A DNA stretch of 64,000 nt, from NCBI GenBank assembly GCA_054600435.1, contig BAAIJX010000037.1, positions 1 through 64,000 of the forward strand, in the 5' to 3' direction. Position 1 is the first letter of the stretch. Every line of letters begins with the position of its first letter. The position numbers were made by a program, and so were the translations under genes. This DNA comes from Neophaeotheca triangularis (Eukaryota). Of the stretch, positions 12,525 through 24,075 are shown one piece after another. Below the pieces are notes generated by a model that worked only from the letters and a program-made list of their open reading frames with translations, did not search any database and was not told where the DNA came from.

Positions 12525-13758
12525 TCGTCACGGCTTCGCCAGTGGTGAATGAGATGGTGGTGATTGTAAAATTATTGGTTGCGAGAACGTGCTTGCTTTC
12601 AACCCAAACCGAAGCGGTTTGGGACACAAGTGGATCGCTGGGCATGGGGCTTTTCCGTTTGGCGTTCACGATACCCGGTCACGTATATATTTATCCCTTT
12701 TGCGGGCTGTACAGCACGCGAAAGAAAAAATCTTACCACTCCCTAAACCTCACCGCATGCGCCCCTCGAGAAGTTGCTCTCGCCTTTTGATGGTGTGAAG
12801 CAGTCTTGGTGGTGATGAAGCGTCCGCTGAAATAATGACGTGATCGAATAAAACATGGCAAGATTGGGGAGACCACTGCATTGGTCCTAACTGCCGGAGG
12901 TGTGAAGCCCGCAATAATGGTAGCCCAACTAGACATCTTGAAACCTGCAAGTGCGAAGCGAAGTCTCAAAGCTTTCCATTTCAACTCTTACTCATGTCCG
13001 CCGCTTCCCAGCAACGAGAAGATCCATCACGAACCCTCTCCATCCCCTAGATGCGAATCGTAGACACGTGAGTACAAACCCCCTTCGGGAGAAGATGTCC
13101 AGCGGCCAAAGGCGGGAGAAGAAAATGATCGCAATTTTTCCCCGATAGGTATTTGCTCGTTTCACCGCTCCCTCATCCGCAAGGAACTGCTCTCGGCCTG
13201 AGTGGAAAACAGTATCCACTATAGCGCCAGCCATGGGAGCAGAAACCGGGGCTCTCGATGCCGGAATTGGGGCTGCATGTAGTTTGTAAACCTCTGGACC
13301 TCTACCTGGCGAGTCCCTAGTCCTTCTGCCGGTTTCTCCTGTTGGAGAGCTACACGGCAGGTCGCAATGCAACGAAATATTTTGACTAGCGCAGGGACAG
13401 GGTAGTTGGATCGAGCTGCGATTGCCGGGGATGCGATGCGACGGGTGGGGGTTTCGTGTGGACGCTGTTCCTGGCGAGCTGAGCACGTTAGGACCTAGGC
13501 TAATAGCTTTCGACGAGGTGGATGCTATCCGTGCATGGCCGGTAGGGTCGCCGGGCGCGAGACTGTGTGGGACTAGTAACAAGGGAAGCGGCAGCTTCGT
13601 TAAGGCTTCTCCCTGCGCGAAAACTGTAGTGATGTCTGCGACGTTAGGATGCAAGATCTCAATTCTGTTGTCCAGCGAAACAGTGTTGGCAGTGAGTTCG
13701 AAACGGACGTGCCTCGGTCGTTCATGTGCCATGATTTATGTAATCAGAGTCAGCACGC

Positions 13759-15015
13759 TTATGCCTCCCGTAGCGCTTCTCTCAACATTGGTCCAACTTG
13801 CTTTCTGCTCGCAGCAAGATTGTTCTGATCCCAGCAGCGAAGCAACGATGAACCGTCAGCACCTGAAGCGGAAGCAGGCGAGACGCCAATGTCTTTCTCG
13901 ACAAGTTGCAGTTCCTTCCCAAACTTGGTTTCGAAAGCCTTGACGGCGGTCCTGCCCCGGTCATTATCGGCAGCAAGAAGCAATATTTCTCTTGCAAACC
14001 CGGCAGTCTCATCCGTGAAAGCAGTCATGATAGCAAAAAAGGTCAGATCCCGCTTCTTCTGGAAGTCTTGCAAAGCACCAAGGAAAGAGTCGGATTTCGC
14101 AACGAGCCATTTCATAGGCTTAACGACTGAAGCGACTCCAACACTTTGGTCGCCCTCGGTCCATAGCTTGTAGTCCTTCCTCAACACGTCTTCGAGTGAT
14201 AAGCCGTCCATGTTACCCTTCGCCTCGTTGATTTCAGCAAAGAACGCATCTCGATCAAAAGTCGCACCCAACTTCCCGCTAGTGAAGATCTTCGCTTCCA
14301 GATACCTCACAGCTTTGCGATCGTGGTCAGTAGTTTTGTTTTCGTCCTTGAGATTTGCCGTATCGATGAGAATGCTCCCCAGCGCCAGTTTCGCGGCCTG
14401 AGCATCCCACGTGCTCGTGTAAGCTACATCGTCTACCAGTCTGTCGTTCTGCCCGTGCGCCGCCCAAATGGCCGTGGAGCTGGAGTTTAGCGATTCCCAA
14501 GTTTCACGCACGTGGTTGGCGACAAGACTGCTGCAACTTCCGGCTGTTGTTATCAAGCGTGGCGACGCTGAGGCTGGCACTTTGCTCTCGTCCGCATGGT
14601 GGTCGATGCAAGCTTCTACGCGGGTGGAGTAGCGGGCTCCCAAGGCGCCTTGGAAGGCGTTATGATCCACGAGCGTCCATGTGGAGTTTTCGGGAAGGAG
14701 TTTGTCTTGGTCTAGGTCGTCTAAGGTTATGAGCTCACCGGGTTCGATGTATGCGTGTTTGAGCAGGGCAGCCAATTCAGGCCGGAGAGCGAGGTCTGCG
14801 GCCGGAATGTTCGTGATGGGTATCACAAAGGCGTTTTTGCCGTGGCGGTGAAGACTGCTTGATTGGATGTAGCCATATAACAATGCAGAGGTTATCGAGT
14901 CCAGGTCTGCGGATTCATTGCCTACGACTAGAGAGGCGGGAGTCTGGTTGTGAAGTGCGCTGCGGAGTTGCTTCTTGGCTGCACTCAGATAAGTGCGGAT
15001 GCTCATTCGTGACAT
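13759..15015 (-). CDS. PPX1: Exopolyphosphatase (DHH/DHHA2 family)
   Basis: GNESADLDS, LVDHN, CIDHH, GSCSSL, ILIDTANL, LRKDYK, SRKQV motifs; likely start MSRMSIRTYL. Confidence 0.92.
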   Translation of the reverse strand: MSRMSIRTYLSAAKKQLRSALHNQTPASLVVGNESADLDSITSALLYGYIQSSSLHRHGKNAFVIPITNIPAADLALRPELAALLKHAYIEPGELITLDDLDQDKLLPENSTWTLVDHNAFQGALGARYSTRVEACIDHHADESKVPASASPRLITTAGSCSSLVANHVRETWESLNSSSTAIWAAHGQNDRLVDDVAYTSTWDAQAAKLALGSILIDTANLKDENKTTDHDRKAVRYLEAKIFTSGKLGATFDRDAFFAEINEAKGNMDGLSLEDVLRKDYKLWTEGDQSVGVASVVKPMKWLVAKSDSFLGALQDFQKKRDLTFFAIMTAFTDETAGFAREILLLAADNDRGRTAVKAFETKFGKELQLVEKDIGVSPASASGADGSSLLRCWDQNNLAASRKQVGPMLREALREA

Positions 15016-15422
15016 CTTTGTGATTGTGAATTTCAAGGATGGCAATTTTTTTCTTTGTTTTCCAACTGCTTGTCTAGGACCATTGATACTTGGACGTTGG
15101 ATGATGTCTTTTCGGGAAGTCTCACTCCGATGAGACCAACAGGCGATAAGATAAGCGTCTAGGCTAGCCATTTCGGGTAATCTATTTGCAGCTCTACGCA
15201 GCTGCCTGTGCAGCATCACTTCTAGATTCCATGTCTTTCCACTTGTATCCTCATTCCCTTTTAGAACTCGCATGTTGCACTTGAAGACCTTCTCTTCCTC
15301 CGCGGCTTCTGCACACTCAATCGATACCTGACGGCCCAGAAAGTATCACGAGCACCTCATCTTCGTTGCTTGGCATCGACTCCCGTAAACCGTTTCTAGG
15401 CTCGATACATTCCACGACCAAG

Positions 15423-16625
15423 ATGGAGGCAGCAGCCCGTGGGAATAAGGCGATGGGCGCTAGTGACTACGACACGGCCATCAAAGAGTTTACTACTGCA
15501 CTCAAGACATCGCCCACATCTCCAGACTACTTGATCAAACGCTCCACGGCTTACCAACGCCAAAAGGACAAGGATTATGCTTCTTCTCTCCGAGATGCTG
15601 AGAACGGTGTTGCGTGCGCTGAGAGACGTGCAAAGAGGGAGCTCATCGTTCAGGCTCAACACAGGCGGGGGATTGCGCTATTCGGGTTGGAGAGGTATGG
15701 CGATGCAAAGCTGTGCTTTGAGATTGTTAGGAAGATGAACGACAAGGAGCCGACGTTGGCTATGTGGGAAAGAAAGACTGCAGACAAGCTTGCCGCGTTG
15801 CCAGAAGGAGACGAGAAGGCGAAGCTTACCATCAAGGAGACGCCTGATCTGGTGGAAGAATCGAAGGGCGAGGACGAGGTATCGACGAAGCCCACGGCTA
15901 CGGGTGCCAGCTCATCCACAACAACGGCCACTGCGCAAAGCCCAGCCCCTTCGAAAACTCAGCAAACACCCAAGGAAAAGATTCGCCACGAATGGTACCA
16001 AAACAGCGAGACCGTCTACTTCACCCTGTTCGCCAAAGGCGTTCCCAAAGACGAAGCTGTCATCGACATCACTGCAAACTCCCTGAGCATATCCTTCCCG
16101 CTGGCAGACGGTACAACAAGCTACGAGTGTACTTTCGATCCCCTCTACGCCCCCGTCGACACAGACAAATCCACCACGAAGATTCTCGGCACCAAAGTTG
16201 AAGTGCTCCTCGCCAAGTCCACACCCGGCCAAAAGTGGTCTGCTCTCGAGAGCTCTGAGTCGGCACATTCCACCGCAGCACCCCGTGCCGATTCCGCCAC
16301 CGATTGTGGCGCCGCAAGGCACCCATCTGCACAAAACGAAAACCACGGCCCAGCTTACCCAACCTCCTCCCGCAGTGGACCCAAGAACTGGGACAAGATC
16401 ACCGCCACTGGCGACGAGGAAGAAGAGGTCGAGGGTGGCGACCCTGCCAACCACTTTTTCAAGAAGCTCTTCAAGGACAGCAGCCCGGAAGTGCAGCGCG
16501 CGATGATGAAGAGCTACACTGAGTCGAATGGCACAGCGCTTAGTACGGATTGGAACGAGGTCAGCAAAGGCAAGGTGGAGACGAGTCCGCCTGATGGTAT
16601 GGAGGCGAGGAAATGGGGTCAGTGA
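15423..16625 (+). CDS. SGT1: Hsp90 co-chaperone SGT1 (TPR-CS-SGS)
   Basis: N-terminal TPRs, CS domain (IRHEWYQ...KVEVLL), SGS motifs YPTSS, KNWD, RAMMKSYTESNGTALSTDW, PPDGME. Confidence 0.96.
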   Translation: MEAAARGNKAMGASDYDTAIKEFTTALKTSPTSPDYLIKRSTAYQRQKDKDYASSLRDAENGVACAERRAKRELIVQAQHRRGIALFGLERYGDAKLCFEIVRKMNDKEPTLAMWERKTADKLAALPEGDEKAKLTIKETPDLVEESKGEDEVSTKPTATGASSSTTTATAQSPAPSKTQQTPKEKIRHEWYQNSETVYFTLFAKGVPKDEAVIDITANSLSISFPLADGTTSYECTFDPLYAPVDTDKSTTKILGTKVEVLLAKSTPGQKWSALESSESAHSTAAPRADSATDCGAARHPSAQNENHGPAYPTSSRSGPKNWDKITATGDEEEEVEGGDPANHFFKKLFKDSSPEVQRAMMKSYTESNGTALSTDWNEVSKGKVETSPPDGMEARKWGQ

Positions 16626-17376
16626 GATGGTGATGGAGAGCAGGGTAATATGGTTAGGTTAGAATGGGGGCGGACAAGATTTAATGCGCTGCCAAAGCGG
16701 AAACCCGACTTGTCCGGGAATGGCTTGCGGAGGAGCGAGCGTGCGATGGTACGATATTCATGATGATTGGGAGCGTTATTAGCATGGCGCTAGGGGATTT
16801 GTTTTGCAATCACCGCTGCGGCGGGTTGCAGATACGTAGGCGTCTTCGATGGGGAAGATTGAGTCACTTTGCTGAATATCCACATCTCCGCAAGGGGGGA
16901 GGCTTTTGATTTCCTAGTTTCCGTTCGTAAGCTTTTTTTTGTTTTTTTGAACATCCATGGATTGCTTTCAACACCCCCATTTCGCCTCGGATTAGCGTGT
17001 CTAACCTTCTAGCAATGGCATGCTGAATGGTTTTGCCATGCATCCCTCAATGCTTCTTTGATCGATTTATAAGCCTTCTAAACCCGCAAAATGCGCTCGC
17101 TCCCAGACTGCCGTTTTCGGCTAGCGTAGACCCTGGTATACAAGGCAGGAACCATTGGGTCTCTCTAGCGAAAGACGAAGAGCTTCAGTATGGTTGATTA
17201 CCAATTAGAAAAGAGGGCAACGGTGTTGACGACGACAGGACTAGAAATCATGTATATAGAACGTCGAAGAGAACGTAAAGCAGCAGACCGTTTCCTCAAC
17301 CCCATTCTCCCTTAGCAACACCCCCAGCATCTCAGAGCAACCCTATTGAGACCAACCTTCCTCAATAACCGAGACC

Positions 17377-18111
17377 ATGTCGACCGAAACCATCCTCGTG
17401 ATCGGCGCAACCGGCAACATGGGCACCGCAGCCATAACCGCCGGTCTACGCAACAACTACAACATCCTCGCCATCATCCGCTCCTCAGCCTCGAAAACCA
17501 AGCTCCTCTCCAACCTCCCCTCGGACCTGAAGACTTCCCGCATAACCTTCGCAACCGCCGACGTCACCTCTCCTACTGGTGTGCAAAGCATAGTCGACCA
17601 AGTGAGAACCGGCCAACTACCGGAATTCCACCACGTCTGGGCCTCCGTAGGAGCCGAGTACACCACCGCGTCCCTACTCTCGCTGGACGTGGAACGGATC
17701 CGCCGCAACATGACCGCCGGTTTCGAAGCTAATCTCTTCGCCTATTTGGCCACGATGCCGTACCTGCTCTCGCAGCCCGACAACGGCAAAGGCTGCTCCT
17801 GGACCTTGTGCACCGGCTCGCAAGGGGATCTTGGAACACACCCCTTGCCGGCTATGACACAGGGTCCGCTTTTTAGCTTCGCGGTTGCGGCTGCGAGGGA
17901 GTGTGAGGGGACCGGGGTGAGGTTTTGTGAGGTTTATCTGGGGTTTAGAGTTGAAGTGGATGCTGAGGCGAGGGCGCATAAGGTTGTAGGCGCCAGTCAT
18001 TTTTCGAGGGTTTATGGGATGATTCTGAGGGATCAAGCGGTGAAGGGGGCGAGGGTGAGGGTTGAGAGGCCGGAGGACATGGAGGGGTTGAGGTGGGAGA
18101 GGAGGTTTTGA
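17377..18111 (+). CDS. Atypical short-chain dehydrogenase / NAD(P)-binding Rossmann protein
   Basis: ILVIGATGNMG nucleotide-binding motif, ADVTS; 244 aa; no canonical YxxxK seen. Confidence 0.85.
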   Translation: MSTETILVIGATGNMGTAAITAGLRNNYNILAIIRSSASKTKLLSNLPSDLKTSRITFATADVTSPTGVQSIVDQVRTGQLPEFHHVWASVGAEYTTASLLSLDVERIRRNMTAGFEANLFAYLATMPYLLSQPDNGKGCSWTLCTGSQGDLGTHPLPAMTQGPLFSFAVAAARECEGTGVRFCEVYLGFRVEVDAEARAHKVVGASHFSRVYGMILRDQAVKGARVRVERPEDMEGLRWERRF

Positions 18112-18497
18112 AGTGATTGAGAGGTCCCATCAGCACATGTCGGATTCGAGACCGCATGGAGCTAGGGGCTCGTGGTCTGGGTGTCGGCGTAGCTGTAGTG
18201 GATTTTCTAGCTGTCGGTGTTTTGACTCAGTAGGAAACTACCAGGATATTCTGAATTTGATCGACATTGCTCTCCGCCGGTTGCTTTGAGAATCGATTGA
18301 CTGTTCGGATAAGGAGCTTTGCATGTTGATGAGATGTGTTGACTCAGCGTCCTCGAAACAAGGTCAAGTTCAATTTGCCTGGAAAACAATGTCAAAATCA
18401 ACCTCGTGCATTTCAGGGGTTCACCGTTTTAAATACAAGTAGCTCGTGCTTTGCCCTTCGTAGAAGAAAGATGCAGGCAGCAATGCTCATCGAACGC

Positions 18498-19973
18498 CTA
18501 GTCTCGACTGCGATTTGCCAACCACCTCTTAATCATGAATTCCCTGACCTTGAAGCCTCTAAGCAACCGCCCAATATCAATCTCCCCATCTTCCTCTTCA
18601 ATCGGCGCGGGAATCTCGACATAAACAAGCACCAAACTCTTCCTGACAGCACTCTGCACCCTATTAACGCAATGAAGCCACCACCAATCGCTCCGTGCCT
18701 CGGGTCGACGCAATATTTTGCCTTCGTCTGTGTTCCAGAAAGCGTCCACGTAAGATGGTATGATTAGGACCGCGAACTCCGCGTGGCTGAAGACAGGGCC
18801 GCGGTTGTATAGCAAGAAGTCTACGGAGAATTTTACACCTGGACGGATGACCCAGCCTAGTGACCGGAAGTGATGGTAGACTGCGTAGTTGATCAGGAAA
18901 GGGTCGTCTGGGGAGAGCGAACTTCGACTAGTCGGCTGCTGGGATGGCAGAAGTAGCGGTGGGAAGTGGGAGTGTGCGCGATAAAGCTCCAGCAGCTGTC
19001 GGTTCGAGAAGTAAGATGGTGAGGTCGTAGGCGAGCTTATTGATGGAGCGGGCAAAGCTGTCTGCAGGTATGCTTCGTCTTGCGGTGGTGGACGAATTTG
19101 CAGTATACCCAAGCCGTAAGAAAGGAAGAAGGCCTCTTCGAGGGTCAGTTGAAGATGCTCTTCGTCTTCTACGACTGGCTCTTCTTCAGCTGCCCTCTCC
19201 TGGGGGCTGGGCGGGTCATCCGGTAACGCGAGACTGGGAATGGTCGCTTCTTTTTGCTTTTGAGGGGCAGGATCCTTGCTTGCAACAATTTCTGCATCTG
19301 GCACTCGACCTTCTACTGAAGCCTCGCTTTGCTCGACGTCCAAGACCTCGCTTGATACTGCATCCGCTATTTCGTCTTCGCTGGCTCCAGCAACAGCATC
19401 TGAGCCCGTTAGTCCTTTCTTCTCCCTCGCCCTTTGCGCCTCAATCGCCTCCCTCTCCGCTCTCGCCCTCTCAAGTTTGAAAACCCTCCTCTCCTCTCTT
19501 CGTTTTAATGTCACCTCCTCGGCGCTCATACCACCCTTCCTTTGCGCCAGCTTCCGTGCCTTTTCTCTCGCCAACCAACTCGGCTCACTTCGGGATAAAG
19601 TGCCTTTACCGAAAAACCCCATCTCCCACAGAGCTCTGATGTGAACAGGATCAGTGATGTGTACAGCCCGGGTTTCTGGGTGGAAGAAGCCGACGTAGGG
19701 CCCCGATGCGTGCGATGAAGGTTGTGAGATGAGCTGCGATATAAAAGCATAGGCTAAGTGTAGCAGAGACAGAGGTTGCGAGGGGTGGAAGATCGGGAGT
19801 GGGTAAGTTTCAAGGGGCAAGGGCTTGCGGTGCAAATATCCATAATTCGGTCGTGGAGGTTTTTGCGGTCGTTTTTTGGCCGGTGTAAGTGTGCCTTGAG
19901 GTGTAGCTGCGTTTTGTGTTGTAGTGTCTTTTGGTCCGGGTGGGTAGCCATTTGGCACCGTTGAATCGGCCAT
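18498..19973 (-). CDS. SEN2: tRNA-splicing endonuclease catalytic subunit Sen2
   Basis: LWEMGFFGKGTLSRSEPSW, EHLQLTLEEAFFL, YHHFRSLGWVIRPGVKFSVDFLLYNRGPVFSHAEF, C-terminal RSRD. Confidence 0.96.
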   Translation of the reverse strand: MADSTVPNGYPPGPKDTTTQNAATPQGTLTPAKKRPQKPPRPNYGYLHRKPLPLETYPLPIFHPSQPLSLLHLAYAFISQLISQPSSHASGPYVGFFHPETRAVHITDPVHIRALWEMGFFGKGTLSRSEPSWLAREKARKLAQRKGGMSAEEVTLKRREERRVFKLERARAEREAIEAQRAREKKGLTGSDAVAGASEDEIADAVSSEVLDVEQSEASVEGRVPDAEIVASKDPAPQKQKEATIPSLALPDDPPSPQERAAEEEPVVEDEEHLQLTLEEAFFLSYGLGILQIRPPPQDEAYLQTALPAPSISSPTTSPSYFSNRQLLELYRAHSHFPPLLLPSQQPTSRSSLSPDDPFLINYAVYHHFRSLGWVIRPGVKFSVDFLLYNRGPVFSHAEFAVLIIPSYVDAFWNTDEGKILRRPEARSDWWWLHCVNRVQSAVRKSLVLVYVEIPAPIEEEDGEIDIGRLLRGFKVREFMIKRWLANRSRD

Positions 19974-20464
19974 ATTGCGAGTTGCTAGTGAGATCGGCCA
20001 GAGAACTTTGAACGCTTCTTAAATGCCGATACTTGTTTCTTTCCAGTTTACTTGAGCTCAAGTGAGCCGTTTCTTTCCCGATGAGTAGTAGCTATCGTGG
20101 TGCAACGAGCCTGACGATATTGTCACGTCAGACAGTTTCCTAAGTTCGGTCAAAATCCAAGCCCCTTCTTTCTCAATAGCAGTATACGCAAAGGTGATGC
20201 ATTTCGTGAAAAGCTCCGGGAAGTTCTGTTCGGAATTCTAGGAATTATGTAGGCGGACCAAAATATGACTTGAAGTCTCAAATGTCCCGATCTCTCCTAG
20301 CGCATCTTTTGTGCAAAGTTCACAAACGGCTCGCCCCGTACCCTAACCTTCTTTGTGAACCTTTTGACGTCGACGTGATTCTGTGAAACTGGAGACGGGA
20401 CATGAGGTCCCATCTCGTTTATCCTCTTGCAACTGCAATAGTGACCTGCACTTTGGCAACCAAG

Positions 20465-22279
20465 ATGTCGGCAGCGAGATGGGCTCAGCGCCTACCTAGA
20501 GCTACGACGCAGCTCATCGAGACGACAAGCACACGGCGTGTTGCGAACACGATACCGCAGAGACGATGGGCGCAACATGTACCAAAGAGAAGCAGACCGT
20601 GGGCGGGCGGCGGGCGAAACCAAGAAAACAACGAAAAGGACCTACAACAAATGGAACGTGAGCCGGAAATCGAGAGTAGAAATCCAGGAGCATCAGAACA
20701 GCCCTCCGCGACAGAGCAGCCAGCAGACCAACCTGGCCGCAACCAACAGCTTGCCACCGCTCTTGCAGAGTCCGCCTCTCAAGACCTCGTCACCGAAGTC
20801 AAGATACCCGAGGATGTTGATGGAGTACTCCCACCGAAACACCCTGCGCTGGCGATATTGGGCAACAGCTCGTTGGTGATCCAGCGTCAACTCGAGATGA
20901 TGAATGTAATGCTAGGCTTCGAGCAAGCGAACAGGTACATTATCATGGACGGTCAAGGGCAGACACTTGGATATCTAGCGGAGACAGACCATGGCATTGG
21001 ACAGTCAATGAAAAGGCAGTTCTTCAAGACCCACAGGAGCTTTACAACACACATCTTCGACAAGGACGAGCGGGAAGTGCTGCGCATCCATCGCCCGTTC
21101 GCTTACATCAACAGCCGTATTCGTATCTACGATCCAGTTCCAGAGGGAGGCTACCAGAATACAGAGGCATCCAACGCACTGCAAGGGCTGTCTGCAAGTT
21201 CCGTCGCTAACCCTTCAGCCGCCGGTGCACAAATCAGCCCCTTGAAGCTAGAAGAGATGCGCATCATTGGCGAAGCGCAACAGCAATGGGCGCCCCTACG
21301 TCGCAAATACAACCTCTTCTCCTACCGCCCAATCGATCCAGCCCTCTCTCCCGAAGCAAGCCCGCAACGCATCGAATCGGGCGAGAAAGCCTCTTCCGAC
21401 ACCAAAGCTGTCACAGTGACCGAGAATGAGACCTCCGACCGCGCTATCGAAGCCGGCATGTCCCAATTCGCCAACATCAACGAACCCTTCCTCTCTTGGG
21501 ACTTCACTCTTCGAGACGAAGAACAGCGCACCATCGGCAGCGTGAACCGCAACTTCGCGGGCTTCGCTCGGGAGATTTTCACTGACACGGGCGTATACGC
21601 TTTGCGCATGGACTCTGCAGGTCAGATGTCTGCGCTGCAGGATGCTGAGGGGAAGGACTTGCAGCAGTATGAGCGCGAAGCCACAGCTATGACGCTCGAT
21701 CAGCGTGCTGTCATGTTGGCTACGGCTGTCAGCGTTGATTTCGATTACTTTTCGAGGCATTCAGGGTCTGGTATGGGTGGCGGCTTTATGCCATTGTGGT
21801 TACCTGGCATGGGTGGCGGCGCAGCCGAGGGTGGCGCTGCTGGTGGTGCCGCTGGCGCTGGTGCTGCTGGAGAGGCTGGTGCTGCTGGCGCGGGGACTGC
21901 TGTTGGAGAAGCCGGCGCCATGGAAGGCGCTGCTGGTATGGCCGGGCGCGGCGCGACTGGTGCTGCGGAGTCGGGCATTGCTGGTGCTGGCACCATGGCC
22001 GGCTACGAAGCCATGCAAAGGGGTGCTTACGGAGGAGGACAGAGCGGCGTGGATGACGCAAGTCCAACTGCTGCCCAGCCCAACGACCCTTTCAATGCCG
22101 GCTCGCAGAACCCGGATGTAAGCGAGAACAGACCCGGAAACGAGGTTTGGGGCGAAGATCAAGATCCTTGGGGCGGTGGAGGGGACGGCGGACCGCCACC
22201 ACCAAGTGCTGGTGATGGCGGAGGAGAAGGCGGTGGAGGCTGGTTTGATACGATCTCCGACTTCTTTGGCGACGATTGA
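20465..22279 (+). CDS. AIM25: Mitochondrial phospholipid scramblase-family protein (Aim25-like); an upstream in-frame ATG at 20402 is also possible
   Basis: QRQLEMMNVMLGFEQANRY, HRPF, WAPLRRKY, FLSWDF, REIFTDTGVY, LDQRAVMLATAVSVDFDYFSRHS; Arg-rich presequence. Confidence 0.9.
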   Translation: MSAARWAQRLPRATTQLIETTSTRRVANTIPQRRWAQHVPKRSRPWAGGGRNQENNEKDLQQMEREPEIESRNPGASEQPSATEQPADQPGRNQQLATALAESASQDLVTEVKIPEDVDGVLPPKHPALAILGNSSLVIQRQLEMMNVMLGFEQANRYIIMDGQGQTLGYLAETDHGIGQSMKRQFFKTHRSFTTHIFDKDEREVLRIHRPFAYINSRIRIYDPVPEGGYQNTEASNALQGLSASSVANPSAAGAQISPLKLEEMRIIGEAQQQWAPLRRKYNLFSYRPIDPALSPEASPQRIESGEKASSDTKAVTVTENETSDRAIEAGMSQFANINEPFLSWDFTLRDEEQRTIGSVNRNFAGFAREIFTDTGVYALRMDSAGQMSALQDAEGKDLQQYEREATAMTLDQRAVMLATAVSVDFDYFSRHSGSGMGGGFMPLWLPGMGGGAAEGGAAGGAAGAGAAGEAGAAGAGTAVGEAGAMEGAAGMAGRGATGAAESGIAGAGTMAGYEAMQRGAYGGGQSGVDDASPTAAQPNDPFNAGSQNPDVSENRPGNEVWGEDQDPWGGGGDGGPPPPSAGDGGGEGGGGWFDTISDFFGDD

Positions 22280-24075
22280 AGTGAGGAGACTCCTGCAGTT
22301 GTACTCGCATTACTAACGACCTCAATGCTGGCGTCTTGGATAAGTCTTAGACGGTATATCATGGCTTTCTGTATCATTAGGGTAGTTTAGTCTTCGGTTA
22401 GCAAATGCACTGTAATTTTGACCAGCCTATGTCTCATCGCGACCGCCACATAGCTGATCCGACAGGGGTGACTCGGTGGCTGGTCCCATGCCACTGCTCA
22501 ACATCTCACATGTGACTAGACAAAGTCGGGGAAGCAACCGAATTCATAGTACCTACTTGCAAAAATCTTAGCTCCAAGCCGTGCAAATGTTCTTGCTCTC
22601 ACTTGTCGGCAGTAATAGAACATAGGCCAACACGCCCTTTACATCCCATCCGTGTACTTCCTTCTGGAAATCCCCAAAGAGACAGCTACGACGAGACACT
22701 GAGGTGCTTCTACGCTCTGGGGAACGTTCTCTACCAAAAATTTAGGAGAAATACAGCATTTCTCGAGGCCATGCGGTACCTAAATCTATCACTCAATGCC
22801 CTTGAGCAACGTAATTAGTGTGGCTTGTTTTGAATGCTCTGAGCCATGAATCACCTTCTGTAGACTCTGAGAGTCGCATTTAACTATTCTAGACCCTGGT
22901 AGATTGTTGGGAGGCAGAAATGCTATATCAATTCCTTAAGGCTACCTTGGTGAACGTAATCAATCTCTTGGGGCGTCCACGGGTGCTGGGGTCATGTCAC
23001 CATGGAAGTCGGGCTGGTATAAGGTACCTACCTATATGCCAGGGCAAACATCAAGGCCGCTTACTCATCAAAGAGTCTTAGACCTCCACTCGCCGCCGCT
23101 GGGCTCTTTCGCAGCATCCATGATTCCACACGTCCCTTGCCCGACCCTCATGCCCCATCAAAAGAAAGTTCAAGGCCTCGATCACCAGCATTTGAACAAT
23201 GACTGCTATGTACTGGCTGAATTCGGACTTTTGAACGGATCTCCGTCCGCGGGGTGCCCCTAATGGTTTTGCGTGCGAGTCACGCTGAAGCAATGGCGTG
23301 GTATTGAAACGTCTCACCTTTCATTGCCAGGAAATACTCACACTTTGCATGCACCCCATCCTGATCCAGGTCCAAAACACAAATGACGTTGGACATCTGG
23401 CTTTTCGATTGGCTGTTCCAGTCAACGTCCAGGCCATCTAGGTCCTAGGCGCGTCCGGAGGTTTGTGCATAGTGTACTGCCACAACTGCCAGGCAAATCG
23501 GCCGCCTTGCAAGGCAAATTCTCGATGCCGGTGCTAAAACCCTGCTAGCACTCGCCCGGAAAAGTCTCGTCTTCACATGCAGTCACCCAACACTTGCATC
23601 CTGGCGATCTGGAGGCCTAGTAAAACCGAACGTCGCCTCAGACAACACCTCACGGCTCATATCAGAAAAGCCACGCAGATGAGTAGGATCCCGGGAGGCG
23701 TCCGCCTGTCAAGACAGCGGAGTACTCTTCGGGTTCTCGGAATCAGCGCCTAGGCGCTCGTCCCTCACATTGTGTTACTCTTGGGCTTGCTGTTGACAAC
23801 GTCGTGAAACATTTGCGGTAAACTTTAGGGCTCTATTAGGCAAGCCCAACAACCGTCATTTCTCGTGAACCAACAGAAGCCTCCGACATGACGGGATCTC
23901 GCAGCCTCTAGATCCTTCAATCTGCTGTCGGCGAAGGTCATATCGCCGCGTTTTCATACTTCACTCCCCTAAGTACCTCTCGATTGACGATCTTCTCCCT
24001 TACGAATCTCACGTTTTTCACGCCACGCTATTCACCCCAGTCGCTCTTTGCTATCTCCATTTCTAATTCTTTGTG

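Noticed and set aside
12992..13732. 246-aa ORF starting 27 nt after the PPX1 stop
   Set aside because: No room for a promoter, no motif, weak codon bias; cannot be supported without RNA-seq
15016..15273. 86-aa N-terminal extension of PPX1 in the ORF track
   Set aside because: Lies in the shared PPX1/SGT1 promoter and looks non-coding; downstream ATG preferred
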